30,102 bases of DNA, from assembly GCA_024704765.1 (NCBI GenBank), contig JAKMXF010000094.1:1-30102 (forward strand), read 5' to 3'. The position numbers and the translations under genes were made by a program. The DNA is from Oopsacas minuta (taxonomy: Eukaryota; Animalia; Porifera). Positions 1-11,741 of this stretch are shown here, in pieces. Every line of letters begins with the position of its first letter. Positions within the stretch are counted from its first letter, which is position 1. The notes beneath the pieces were generated by a model. That model was not told the origin of the DNA and made no database searches. It worked only from the letters and a program-made list of their open reading frames with translations.

Positions 1-98
1 TAACAGAATATATACAAACCAGTAACGTTAATCAATCTAAATCATGAAAGATTTTGGTACGATATAAAGTTATGTGCCAGAACTTATTGGCCACCCTG
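1..98 (-). mobile_element. 5' end (TIR side upstream of the transposase) of a maT/DD37D Tc1-mariner element, family A; the rest lies off the left edge
   Basis: 1-98 is base-for-base identical to 12769-12866, the 5' end of the family A element. It ends in the 28-bp TIR (71-98, tatgtgccagaacttattggccaccctg) followed by TA at 99-100, the Tc1/mariner target dinucleotide. Confidence 0.93.
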
Positions 99-3004
99 TA
101 TAGAGGCTATGATTCGTCCAATTACTGACTAATGACATTCTATGGTTCGGATCAGTAATACACAAACATCCCATTCTGTGATTTCGATACAAATTCTCCT
201 GAAACACAACTTACAATCTCAAAATCAACTCCAGAGCTGGACTCTAACAATGTATCCACAACTAGTTCGGATTCTACATTACACTTAAGATTGTGAACCT
301 GGGGAATGGGAATGGTTCCTTAACTAAATATTCAAGCTAACAATACCATTAGCATCGAATTCCTTTCTTTGTTCAAATACTCAACTAATGAAAAAGCTCA
401 ATACCTATCCACTTAAACAGACATATATTTAACAAACATTTGATAAACTTAACTATGACCAGGTTGTGTTACGACTCACCACAAAACAAATTGCACTACA
501 CTCAACAAGCAATTGCTATAAGCAAAGGTGATGACATTAATGAAATGAAAACACTCAATTGAACATTATCAGTGAGTTGCAAATTCTAGATATATTTCTA
601 GCATTAGATATCCCATAGAATTTGGCGCTATCTACACACAACTGAGCTTCAGATGTGTTCAAAAATATAAGAAATCTTTTTCAAAATTGTCTTTATCAAT
701 ACAATTACTCCAATCGTCCTTCAAATTGTTATAAACGGTTAAAGCAGAGGCAGATGATGCCCACAAAATAAGGAACATATCGTCTCGTACCTTGAATTCA
801 AGTGCAAAGATATCTAGATTGCCAAATGATGAATCTAATATTGAACACTCAGCTACACTCTTACTTACATTTTTAACAACAATAGAAGTTATTATCGATC
901 TCTCGTAGATAAAGAAAGCTTAGTAAGGTTAAATCTCACTTATAACCGTTGATCTGAATCAAGGAGCTTGCTGTAGATTCCAAAGGGAATTTCTAGCGAA
1001 GCACCTCTGACAATGGACTGGATGTTACAGAATTTGTTGTTCGACTTTCAATAGTCTGCCTCTTGTTAGATTTTGCAAGAATAGACCTGTTTGCAAATGG
1101 ATTCCCAAATAGAATTAGAAATATTGGCACTAACAAACGCCTTGTTTATCAATGCCTCGAAAGAACGAAACGTTGAGACCATGAACCTAACCATTATCAT
1201 CAAATCCCTTGGTAATTCTAAAAATTAAGTAATTTAACTAACTCTATATAATTACGGAATGAATAACTTTAGGCAATTAACTTAAGTAATTACCTTGTTC
1301 GTGATGAGTATCTTGATTTATTGTCATGGGTGCTGGATGGATCTCAATGCCGCCAAGGATGAGAAGAACAAATATGACGCAGGCACAAAGAGTAGACAGT
1401 AGGACAAACGAAGTCTCAATAAATAGAGCCAGAGAATCAAAAGATATTCCTGCGAAGTTTGAGCATGCCCCTAAAGAGTGCAAGCCAATACGAGCACGCT
1501 ACAATTCGAGAGAAATCATGTCACAGTAACATAAAATATGAAACAAATCAAAAAAGAGCAATGATATCAAAAAGATCGAACAATTGAAAATGAAGCGATG
1601 AGTATGAAAGAGCAAATAAAGCAGTAAATTCGAAAAAGAGCAAAAGAGCAAATCAAACACGAAAATTGTTCTGTTGGTTTAAGTGATTATATTTATCACC
1701 ATACGACAATAAGCAGATTTAGTTGTGCAGGAATAAAATTTGATATGTTATTACCGGAGAAAATACCGTAAGATTGACGTAAATGTTACTCAAATTACGT
1801 ATCACTTGTATGATTAAGAATTAAGTTTAGCAGTGACTCAAAATGATAATGAACCCTTCAAAATATATTAGCATCAAATGTTGAAAAACATTACTAAGGA
1901 CTCATGTTGTTTCTCAGGAAATTGAATATAATTAGAAGGAAGTTATGTATAAAATTTGAAGTGTTTCTGATGAGAAATAACTTCAATAATTGATCTCAAA
2001 GTTAGAATTCGAAATACACAAATACCTGAGAATTTATCGATTTTTGCAGGCCGTTGCTGGTGATAATTCCCAGTGTATCACGAAAATATCGATATTGTCA
2101 TAAACGTCTATATCTCAACTATCGATTAGCATAAAAATAATTGAAATTTAGTCAGATTTAGAGTAAGAATCATGAGTTTCAACTGACCCTACTTTATATT
2201 GAATATGATTCATTCCCTACCACTCTCACTCGCGATTTAAATTTGAATTCCTCTAGCTCACCGGGTTGTTATTATATTTAATGAAATTTAATTTTCATAA
2301 ACGTCCATGCCACTAAAGTATACCCTGAGATTTTTCAGAATCGAATTGTGACTTTTAGGTGCAAAATTCAATGGATTTGTGAACCTAACAATTCCAACCA
2401 AGAATGTATCTATAAAGTAAAATTTTTATAAATCAAAACATATTGTGTATAACGTCCAACTCTCTTCTTTCCAATGATACTAATTTCATTAAATCTGATG
2501 AGTAAAAATGAGTCAAATTAGTGAGTGAAGTGACCCTGATCGAATAGGTTGCTAACTTCACACTAGTTCTTAGACTACGTTATTATACCACCCAATATTG
2601 CTTACTCCCAATTAATTAACATTAAAGTTAGGTTGGGTCGTGCATCCCTGGTCCAATATACATAATCAGTTGTGAGGCCTTAAATGCTATCATTCTTTGA
2701 TAGTAGGTATTAATTTTGGTATCACGAAGCTATGACTCATCTGGGTTCACTAACTAGAGTAACCTATACGTGTTTTCAATCCGCCAGCCATGAGATGGAC
2801 TAAATAATGGTTCAAATTTAGAACGGAATGGGTATAACATTTGCTAAAACAATAATATATGTATAAGGTACGGAGAGCACTTATGGTTTGAGCAGACTAA
2901 AATATTACATCTCAAAATAATCACAAAAGTAAATTTCTAAATACAAATAGAATTGAAATTTTACACAATTTCATACTCAAGAACATCAGAGTAACTAATA
3001 AACA

Positions 3005-3586
3005 TTAGAAGAATGAACACCTTTTCTTCTTTTGAGATTTTTTAGATTTTAGAGCTGCAAGCGTAGCAGCCTCAAATACCTCCTTAACACCTTCCTTTGT
3101 CTTGGCAGAACACTCCAAAAAGTCATGTGCGCCTATACGTGAAGAAACAAGTCTCCCATTTTCACTACGAACAGGCTCCATTTTCTGTACTGCTAATTCT
3201 CTGATAGTATCGGAATTAAATCGCAAATCTTTTTTATTCCCAATGAGGATGATGGGAACTGTAGGACAGAAGTGGCGAACTTCTGGAACCCATTTTTCTT
3301 CAATATTTTCAAGAGAATCCGGGTTATCGATAGAATAACACATCAGAACAACATCAGTGTCAGGATATGAAAGAGGTCTCAGGCGATCATATTCTTCTTG
3401 ACCTGCAGTATCCCACAAAGCTAGTTCCACGCAACGATCATCAACTTCAATATCAGCAACGTAGTTTTCAAAAACAGTGGGAACATATATTTCGGGAAAT
3501 TGATCTTTAGAAAAGACAATCAGCAAACAAGTTTTTCCACAGGCACCATCACCAACGATGACAAGCTTTTTACGGATAGTAGACAT
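3005..3586 (-). CDS. RHOA: RhoA/Rho1 subfamily small GTPase, 193 aa, intronless
   Basis: P-loop GDGACGKT, switch [10 protein letters not shown], switch [28 protein letters not shown], Rho insert helix, polybasic tail [10 protein letters not shown] and CaaX box CSFF. Length and motif spacing match RhoA. Confidence 0.97.
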   Translation of the reverse strand: MSTIRKKLVIVGDGACGKTCLLIVFSKDQFPEIYVPTVFENYVADIEVDDRCVELALWDTAGQEEYDRLRPLSYPDTDVVLMCYSIDNPDSLENIEEKWVPEVRHFCPTVPIILIGNKKDLRFNSDTIRELAVQKMEPVRSENGRLVSSRIGAHDFLECSAKTKEGVKEVFEAATLAALKSKKSQKKKRCSFF

Positions 3587-3690
3587 TAACTAGGACCAAC
3601 AATAGTAAAAGATAATAACTATTCAAAGAATCAGAAAAAATACAATTATTAACGGATAGATGTCGCTATGTGGATACAATTCTTTATGAA

Positions 3691-4139
3691 CAAGGGCGTA
3701 GGCAGGTTGGACAAAGCGGGCGTTTTTAGGGCCTGCGGTATTACTGCAGCCCAATATATATAGTCAGGCTCGGATTGGAGAAGTCCTACTGTATCAATCA
3801 TATGATTGGAAATTCGGTACAACTAAATCCAAAGAACAATATTATGTCCAAAATATAATTTAAACATAAGGGTTCCTCAAAAGCAATAAGTAAAATTATT
3901 TGTAGAGTAAGGGATGATTATCATGAACCCCTAGGCGACCATAAATTGAGTTTACGATAAGCAGAATCCAAAATAAGCGAGCCTGACAATATAGAATGGT
4001 AGAAGTATAGTGGAACATCAATAATCAATGTAATCAAACCAATAATAAAGTGCCCTGTAGCAGGGCTTGAGGCAGGGTCCGCAACTTAAATGTCGGGGTC
4101 TGTCGGCAGGCCCCTGGCCGACCCTTAGCTACGCCCCTG
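3691..4139. mobile_element. hAT-type non-autonomous element (MITE, ~449 bp) upstream of RhoA
   Basis: Left end caagggcgtag versus reverse complement of right end caggggcgtag (10/11). Subterminal GC-rich inverted motifs gggcctgc / gcaggccc. Terminus resembles the hAT end at 11741. No matching 8-bp TSD (tttatgaa vs cgtataaa), so it is old or degenerate. Confidence 0.6.
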
Positions 4140-4890
4140 CGTATAAATAGGAAGTTTCCAATTCAAGTATGTATTTTTATTCATGCTCAGCAAAATGTTT
4201 AGCTTACCTAGCCAAAAAAGATGCCGTTCCCCGGTAAGCCAAATGCAGTTCTATGGAAATTGATGCATTCTGAAATATTTTCCCTTATTCCGATCATCAT
4301 TTATGCACAAAAAGCGAGATCCTTTATTCTCAAATAGCACTTCCTGAGTATTCTTAGGGACTGTTCGGAGAAAATTGCATGATAAAATTCGATTTGGCCG
4401 ATAAATTTCTAGCGCATTCAGTTTATCCAAAAAATATCACAGTGGGAAATATCGCAAATATAATTTGTTGTTACTGTTTTGATTATTATACTATTCGATA
4501 TCCATACATATCCACATTTTTAGTATTTCCCAGCTGTTAACATTTCGTCGTGGCTATTAAATTTGAAATTTAAAATATTTGACTGCATCCAAGTAATGGA
4601 GATATAGACTAAAGTTTAGAATTACTAATCATAATTATACAATTTATAGTACACTCTCTCTATATACCTATTCTCGTTTGTATAAATATACACTGTATTT
4701 ACTGATTTTGGCAGAATTAGAATATACAAACCATAATTTTAGACTAATAATTACTTACGATATAAATCATTGCCTTTATATTTCATCGAATACTGTACTG
4801 TCAGTGTCGTAAAAATACTAAAATTACAATCTGCACAGACAGTTTAATATAGTAATCAAGAGGTAACAAAGAATGTTCAATTTTTGGACT

Positions 4891-4918
4891 TGGGCCCCCC
4901 TCTACTGATACACTACTA
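4891..4918. mobile_element. Solitary hAT-like terminus
   Basis: Reverse complement reads tagtagtgtatcagtagaggggggccca, resembling CAGTGGCGTA-type hAT ends followed by a GC-rich subterminal block. No partner end was confirmed. Confidence 0.3.
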
Positions 4919-5030
4919 GGCCATATTATATAAAAATTCTTTTGGCAAAACCAATTGGGATATATGCCATTCTATTTATACTACATAATACCAGCAAATC
5001 GTCAAATGTAACTCGGATATAACACAACTA

Positions 5031-7028
5031 TCTTACTCTTGCTGTTTGTTTGTTTGTCCGCTGTCAGCGAAATGATATATTGTTGTAAATTTAAACCGAA
5101 TTTCTCAATTATGAGTAGAACTATCTATGTATAGTTGTTTTATAGACTTGCTCTCAGCGACTACACTAAAACTACCGTTAGGACGAATTGATTCTTTTCC
5201 CAGTATAGGTTGAAATTAATTTAGTACAAAATTCCACTTATAACGAAATGAAAACGGTGTCCTACAGTAGATTGCATTACTGAACAATGATACCGACGTG
5301 GTCGCATCAATTTGGATAATAATCGACACCTCATGGCGAAAGGGGAAGTTCGTCGCAAAGCGATCAACCCAATAACAGTTCTAGAATATTTCTAAAATGA
5401 ACTAGAGACCTCAGGCCAATTAAAATTGAATTTTGATGGTAGTGGAACCTACATAAAACGAAATCTTGTACAATCCGAAGGCCTCTATAATCCAACAGTG
5501 TTCTGTACTGAAATAAGTTCCAAGAATACATATTCACTTGTTTAATCCGGCTATTTGCTGAGCCGAAATTTTTGCAGATCTGAACGATGGCGGTTTATGC
5601 AGATTCCACGGTATCAAGTTTTTGCCATGAGACGATATGATTGTCAAAGCTTTAAGCTACCCAACTTTATATAATTATGTCAACATTGAGAATTACGGTG
5701 CTAAATATATATTCAGTCACCTCTTAACTGTTTACACCTTTAGAGATAAAGACATTAAATTTGACATTTATGCTTTTAGTGACACCTAGTTATGCATCTG
5801 ACATTTGAAATTCAATATACAAGTTGGTTATTCTTTGGTTTACACTGAAGGCAGTATTTTCGAGAATATTTGCAATTTATTTAGGTCATGTAAAAAAAAT
5901 TACTTATTCTCATCAGGAATTTCTTACGAAACTCGGACGGAGGAATATATTGTATTTTATGTAAATAGGCCAAGTCAATATGAAAATATTTTGACCCTTC
6001 GATTATCTCATCACATTCCCTCTGGGAATAAAATATTGAATTATTCAACTATACAAGTAGTAATATGTGGATTGCACAATATTTGAGCAAAGAATTATGC
6101 ATAATTTGGAAAAATACAAATACAATCTTTCTGGATGGGGCACTAAATATGAGACGGAGGGGGTGAAAAAAGTTTATTACAATACATGGCCTATTTCTAA
6201 TTAATGCGAAATTACCGCGTTAGTGAGGTTACCAATGCCCAATCAACTGCCATTTTAAGCCACTGTGTCAAATATATGAGTAGGTCATGACTGTAATACA
6301 CATAAACATAATTAAATATTCACAATAAGTTGTTGACAATACCAGAATTGGAATGATCGTACTCGTTTACCATAGCGTAAGTGTTGAAAGCAAGTTTCAG
6401 AGGCTATTTAGAAATGTGTCAACTGTATCCACCTAAACAACAAATATTCAATATCAGGGCGTAGTGTAGGGGGAGGAGCGGATCCACTACTGGGAACCTG
6501 TGAAATACATTTCTACAATCTAACATATACATTGGCTATGCATAAAAAATGGTTTTTCAATATCCATACATGTTGGAATTACGTCTTATTTATATACAGT
6601 CAATGACATAAGTTTTGGATAACCAAGGTAATTGGCGAAATTATGACGTCATTATCATATTTCTAGATAGTTGAAAAATCACATTATTAACCACTGCTCA
6701 TCCAATATAAATGATAGAAATTTGTAGTTTGAATCAGAGGTGCCTCTCAATATACCACACATTTAGACGTCATGATTCTGACCAATAGCTAACTCAACAT
6801 GGGATTATTACGTGATCATGACTGTACAAAAAGTTAAATTTCAAATTTATGAGAAATTCATATTATTCGAGTCACGAATTGCCCAAATGACTAAGGTAAA
6901 GCCAAGTAAGAGTTCCAGTATCCCCAAAAAGGCCATTAAATGGAATTTGGGCGAACAATGGATAATAACATATTTCACAAAAAATGAACTCGTCACGTAG
7001 TGCTGAGTATATCCAGTCGCGTAGCGAC
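5031..7028 (+). mobile_element. Possible Helentron-associated (HINE/DINE-1-like) element ends
   Basis: tactcttgc followed by (TGTT)3-TGTCCG microsatellite at 5034-5060. gctgagtat (partial inverse of tactcttgc) followed by the stem-loop gtcgc-gta-gcgac at 7002-7028. The layout matches HINE architecture, but the pairing of the two ends is unproven. Confidence 0.3.
6455..6476. mobile_element. Solitary hAT-like terminus
   Basis: cagggcgtagtgtagggggagg resembles the CAGGGGCGTAG termini at 3691, 4139 and 11741. No partner end found. Confidence 0.35.
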
Positions 7029-7077
7029 CAAAAGCATGAAGAAAAGTAGCTATATAATAATTAAACCAACAAAGGCC

Positions 7078-7118
7078 CTAAGCTGTTGCGCAGCGACCTA
7101 GCAAGCGAAGAGCCCTAA
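7078..7118 (+). mobile_element. Helitron-like 3' end, degenerate copy
   Basis: ctaagctgttgcgcagcgacctagcaagcgaagagccctaa aligns with the reverse complement of 20586-20632 (ctaagctgttgcgcagcgaactagctagcgaagctcgctagtactag). Confidence 0.5.
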
Positions 7119-7951
7119 TTAGAAAAAATACTGTACCATCTTGAATAATACTTTTAGTTGAATACAAATCAAAATAAACATACTGAACACTGATATTTTA
7201 GATAACCAGCAACCTTTGGTTTCCCACAGTTCATATACATCCATAATAATGATGTAAACATTTTGGCAAATTCAACCCAGGGGAAAGTGAATTTCGTGCA
7301 TTTTTGAGTGGTGGTTGTCTGGTAATTTGCCAATACATCGCAAGTGAAAACTATTCAATCACATCGAATCAAAGTTTAACCACCAGATTCCTATCAGCAA
7401 AAAGATTCTAACAATTTGATGGGTCACTTCACTGGGCATTAGGATCTTTACTTTTGAGAGGTTGTCATTAGAACTACTCTACCTTTGGAGAGTTGTAAAT
7501 AGTTGTATGCACTAATGATGTTATTGTCGAGTATTTTACCTTATGTAAAGAGACATTTGCACCTTGGATTTTGTTCCGGCGTATTTTAATGCACTATTCG
7601 AGTTTTTGTCGAGCGTAATTACTATTGGTCTGTGGCCGTTTGGTTTGTGACCGATTTGGGTTTGGTTTTGGCCGTACTGACAAGAAATTAAGGACAGCCC
7701 TCCGAAAAGAGAGCATAACAACAGACAACCCTCTCCACAGGAACGTTGGTATTTTCCTAGCTTTGGAAAATTATAACTATGAATTACCCAGTTCAGTGAC
7801 AAATATCAACAATAAATTTCTAATAAAACTTACCTAATGAAGATAGAATTTTGTCAATTCTTAGGGAAATTCAAGAAAAAAGTCTCATTTAGCGGGTGTT
7901 TAGATAAAAGTCGGGCAGGAGCCGATTTCATTTTAAATTTCTTTGGAAAAG

Positions 7952-7974
7952 ATGCAGAGACTTCGTCTCTGCAT
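7952..7974. other. Perfect 10-bp-stem hairpin
   Basis: atgcagagac-ttc-gtctctgcat. Probably an internal or subterminal motif of an unidentified non-autonomous element. Confidence 0.7.
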
Positions 7975-8564
7975 TTTCTATTAACCAAATACTGCCGGAA
8001 AATGTGTGATTTGATGATGTCAAAAAGGTACTAAAATCTCGTTTTAGGTGAGAGAATGGGTTAAAATGAGCTGAAATTTTTATTGTTCCTTTCATTACGA
8101 ACGTAATTTTCTGCTGTAATCGGATAATGATTTTAACCGGAAATCATCTGCAGTATCACTCTTTGATTGTAGCACCCGATTCATAGTTTTATAGCACAGT
8201 GAGAGTTCGAGGTCTCGAGGTGGTGATTCCCATACTATTCAGAACAGTTGACAACCTGATATCATCTGATCACTGGAACAGGACCGTTCGGATTAGTTAG
8301 AGTGTGTATCTCATTCAACCACAAGTTACATTCCATTCGTTTTGATAGGATAAGACGTACACTCAGATATTACGTACTAATTTTTGGTTCCCAAAAGGGT
8401 ATACAATATCGGATTCCACTGTAATTTTGTTTGATACCTCATTCGATATTAGGCCTTTTAATTGCTAACCAATTTTACCATAGCTAACCAATGCAGAGAA
8501 AATAATAGTTCATTATTTATAGATATACTTTTGCCTAAGATGGGTTCCAAACTGATTTGGCGGT

Positions 8565-8592
8565 GGGGCCTACTAATGTAGATACAGCACTG
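8565..8592. mobile_element. Solitary hAT-like terminus
   Basis: Reverse complement cagtgctgtatctacattagtaggcccc resembles CAGTG-type hAT ends. No partner end found. Confidence 0.3.
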
Positions 8593-9481
8593 CATGCACT
8601 TAGTTATATGATGAGGAATTTTGTACGAAATTTCATAATGGAGAGCCGGCCAAACTGTACTTCTAGGGTCAAGAAATTAAGCCTTATTGCAGATGAGATA
8701 TTGAGATTCTGAAGTTAGAGATATCAAATGATGGGAAAGTGTCAAAACTTTCAAATAAACCTAGAATTGAAGGTAATATATCACGTAACTTGTGTATTTT
8801 GAAAGTTATGACCACATTAAGTCAAATCAGGTTCCATACCAACGCATGCATATATACGCATTACATACATTTCTTGCGCATCTTTGGGTTTTCCCATTTA
8901 GAGGGTATATCACATGCATAATCAAGAATACTTAATAGTTTGAAACTAGCTTGAAAAGAGGAATTTTGTGAATAGAAATACACAATTACAATGTGTAATA
9001 ATGCCAAGATATTTATAAATGTGAGTTATAGTTAATGGTCTTTCCATAGGCTACTAATACCTCCAGAATGTCCTAGGCGTATGTATAAAATAGGCTCTAA
9101 TAATACATATGCGCTTTTCCCCATGGAAACGAAAATATATAATTAGTGAACAAGCTTTATAATACTTAGATCATCGATAACTAAAACTTATTTTAAGCTA
9201 AATATTTAGTTGCCCAGCAAAGAGTGAAATGTTAGTTGAAAAATCAAATTGTCAATTCTTTTCATGTTTGTAATATATGGTATTTGTCAAGAATTTTACT
9301 TTCATGAATTATCTGTCAATTGTACATGTGCTATGATATATTATATTGAAAAAAACTATTTTAGGGTTACTTCTTACTGGGAGTAATTCGTATAAATACA
9401 TGGCATCAAATTTGTTTGATTTGAATATTGTGAAGAGTATTCACGGGATAGCAATAGAGACTCAATATCCAGAGACGTAAA

Positions 9482-10069
9482 TTAAATAGAATCATCAAAT
9501 AAGTGATAACATCCGACAACAATTCCACCAAAGAAGCCTGCTATAACAGTTGCACGAAGAGATTTGGTACAACGCCATAATGTCCCAGCAAATATTGCAG
9601 CAAAAACTTTGTTGAGATTATCTTGATTATTTCTGAATCTACGGATAATCTGTTCACTGAAAGCGAAATACATCGACAATATTCCAAGGTTATTTCCGAA
9701 TAAAGGTCCACGACGTGTAATAGAGTTGAGCATTGCTGTAATTCTTACCTTTCGGCTAGCATCTTGTAATCGAAATAAAGCTATACAACCTTCAACAATA
9801 CCCCAAGAACCGCCAAGAGCTAGGCCTGTAATATAGCCACTACCAGTTATATAAGTTAATCTCAAAGTAAAAGGGCGAGATCTTGAAGTGTCAAGTTGAA
9901 AAATATATTCTGGTTTGGAAGGGATAATATTTGTATTAAAGTGATAAGGCATAATAGGAGATACCATGTTTATTGAACCTCTTGTACTGTCCAGAACATT
10001 TGTATCATGAAGAGAGGAATTATCATTTGAAAACGGTAATTCTGCTAAATCAATCTCTTCACTTCCCAT
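9482..10069 (-). CDS. TIMM23: Mitochondrial inner-membrane translocase subunit Tim23, 195 aa, intronless
   Basis: Acidic disordered N-terminus, PEYIF motif, Gly-rich TM1 (TGSGYITGLALGGSWG), LNSITRRGPLFGNNLGILSMYF, RNNQDNLNKVFAAIFAGTLWRCTKSLR and a GxxGG final helix. All are Tim17/22/23 family hallmarks with a Tim23-type N-terminal extension. Confidence 0.9.
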   Translation of the reverse strand: MGSEEIDLAELPFSNDNSSLHDTNVLDSTRGSINMVSPIMPYHFNTNIIPSKPEYIFQLDTSRSRPFTLRLTYITGSGYITGLALGGSWGIVEGCIALFRLQDASRKVRITAMLNSITRRGPLFGNNLGILSMYFAFSEQIIRRFRNNQDNLNKVFAAIFAGTLWRCTKSLRATVIAGFFGGIVVGCYHLFDDSI

Positions 10070-10520
10070 TAATTAAATTACCTAAATATAGAAGAAAACT
10101 ATGGCATAATTACACTGTATTCCTACAAGGTGAAATAAAAGTTAGGAAATTGGAACTGAACAATTATAGCTGGAGGACGCCTTTCACCTTTTGAGAACAA
10201 TCTGTAAACTGGTATGGCGTTTTCACACAATATAATATGGCCCAAATCCCAGTAAAATTATTGTCCAAAAACGCAAATATTTTTAAATAACCTCGATTTT
10301 GCGGACAAACCCTGAAATATTCCTCCTATACAAGACAAAGGCACCCAGAACTTGATATCCATATCCATGAGTTAGGTCATAACTTCAAATAATGATGAAA
10401 AGTTACAACCAAATATTATTGAGGTGTGAGTAACGAAATATAAGTAATCAGGATCAACAACAATTAGTGCATTTGTCGAACACGAAATTAAGGATCGTAA
10501 TCAAGATTACTATAGGGCAC

Positions 10521-10764
10521 AAAATGATCAGAGATCGTGATCGCGATCGTTGCTCACCAAAAAAGGATCAACTTCTATAGGGAGATGTTCTATTACTTAC
10601 GTCCATCCCCGCAATGCGAAATCTACCAGTCAGATTGTCATAAATTAGTAAATAAATTTGGGGTCTAGATTCTCAGAATTTCAAGTTACATCTGCCTAAA
10701 ACGATCGAAAATATGATCCAGATTTTAGTGAAAATGATCGCGATTTGCCATTCGATCACATTTT
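10521..10764. mobile_element. MITE-like element with ~50-bp degenerate inverted ends rich in GATC/GATCGCGATC
   Basis: Left 10521-10570 aaaatgatcagagatcgtgatcgcgatcgttgctcaccaaaaaaggatca aligns with the reverse complement of 10714-10764 aaaatgtgatcgaatggcaaatcgcgatcattttcactaaaatctggatca. Confidence 0.55.
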
Positions 10765-10783
10765 ATACAATGATAGGCGATAA

Positions 10784-11030
10784 CACTAGGCGACATTTTT
10801 CAACTTTTTCATTATTTTTTTCAAACAATTAATTGAGTTTACCTAATTTGACTATGCTGATTCCGAATTTGAAGTCAGAATTCACCCATCACGTCACACT
10901 TTTTTTCAAAAATTGAATGAAAATTTTACTCAAAAACGGTTGTATTAAGGGCGCTTGTGCCCTATTAAAGGTCAAGAGCTCCGTACGTGAAACGAAACAC
11001 AACCTACAAGGCGCTTAACTTACTCAATTG
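10784..11030 (+). mobile_element. Possible CMC/Chapaev-type transposon end, cut off at the N at 11031
   Basis: Begins CACTAGG (CMC elements start CAC). It contains gactatgctgattccgaatttgaagtcagaatt, which I recall from Chapaev-like subterminal regions; this is recognition only and was not searched. Confidence 0.3.
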
Positions 11031-11031
11031 N

Positions 11032-11741
11032 TTTTGGTACAGATCAATCAGGCATCATGAAGGCTGCTGATTGCTGCTTACCAAGGTCTCAAAACTTTCT
11101 TAACAAACAGGAATTGAATACACTATCTGAACTGTATGCAATAGATATCAAAGATTGTGAAATAGAAGTTTTCCGTTCGTTTATTGCTCGGAAAGATGAA
11201 TCTCAGCTAAATACTTTGATCGATGTACTGGATGTGATTGACAAAGATATTTTCCCTGATGTTTTCAACTTATGCCAAATTCTTGTGACTATCCCTCAGA
11301 CGTCTTGCAAGGTTGAGAGAATGTTCTCATCTGTTAAGAGAATAAAAACACGTTTGCGCTCACAAATGACTACTGAGCGTCTCAACCATCTTGCCCTGTT
11401 ATCTATTGAAAAAGATATTGCAGAAACACTTTGTTATAATGATGTGATCGAACATTTTAAGCAGATGAAGCACCGCCGCTTTCTTTTGTAATGTCAAATA
11501 GTATCCCTGAATTGAGTTTAGTATCTTAATAAATGCTCTTACTATAATGTAGACTAATCTAATGCTCCTAGCCTAGTAATCTGGTACTTTATGAATTAAA
11601 AAGGTTATACATATAAGAAAAGGAGACTGGGTCGGACTTGTTATACACAAGTAATTAACTTTTCAAAAATATGTATCCCTGCAATTGCCCTCCCGAAATC
11701 CTTCTTGCCCCCCTGAATGTCTTGCTCTAGCTACGTGCCTG
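11032..11741 (+). mobile_element. 3' part of a hAT transposon; ORF 11057-11491 encodes the C-terminal dimerisation domain (ZMYM1/PRKRIR-like hAT transposase)
   Basis: FPDVFNLCQILVTIPQTSCKVERMFSSVKRIKTRLRSQMTTERLNHLALLSIE is a clear hAT dimerisation motif. The frame stays open upstream to the N at 11031 (FGTDQSGIM). The right terminus reverse complement is caggcacgtagctagag, ending at 11741. Confidence 0.9.

Noticed and set aside
1277-1680. Hydrophobic minus-strand reading that looks like a multi-pass membrane protein
   Set aside because: It is interrupted by an in-frame TAG at 1501-1499. The hydrophobicity follows simply from the A-rich plus strand. No GPCR or transporter motif was recognised.
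7200-7560. Kinase-like fragment (NLFADRNLVVKL) on the minus strand
   Set aside because: No HRD, DFG or APE motif, and multiple stops. The similarity is too short to distinguish from chance.
8192-8220. tRNA A-box/B-box-like sequence (tagcacagtgag, gttcgag)
   Set aside because: The boxes are adjacent rather than ~30-60 bp apart, and no cloverleaf can be folded.
10509-10520. 12-bp match to the start of a common adaptor primer (ACTATAGGGCAC)
   Set aside because: The match does not extend and sits at the edge of a genuine inverted-repeat element; a chance match.
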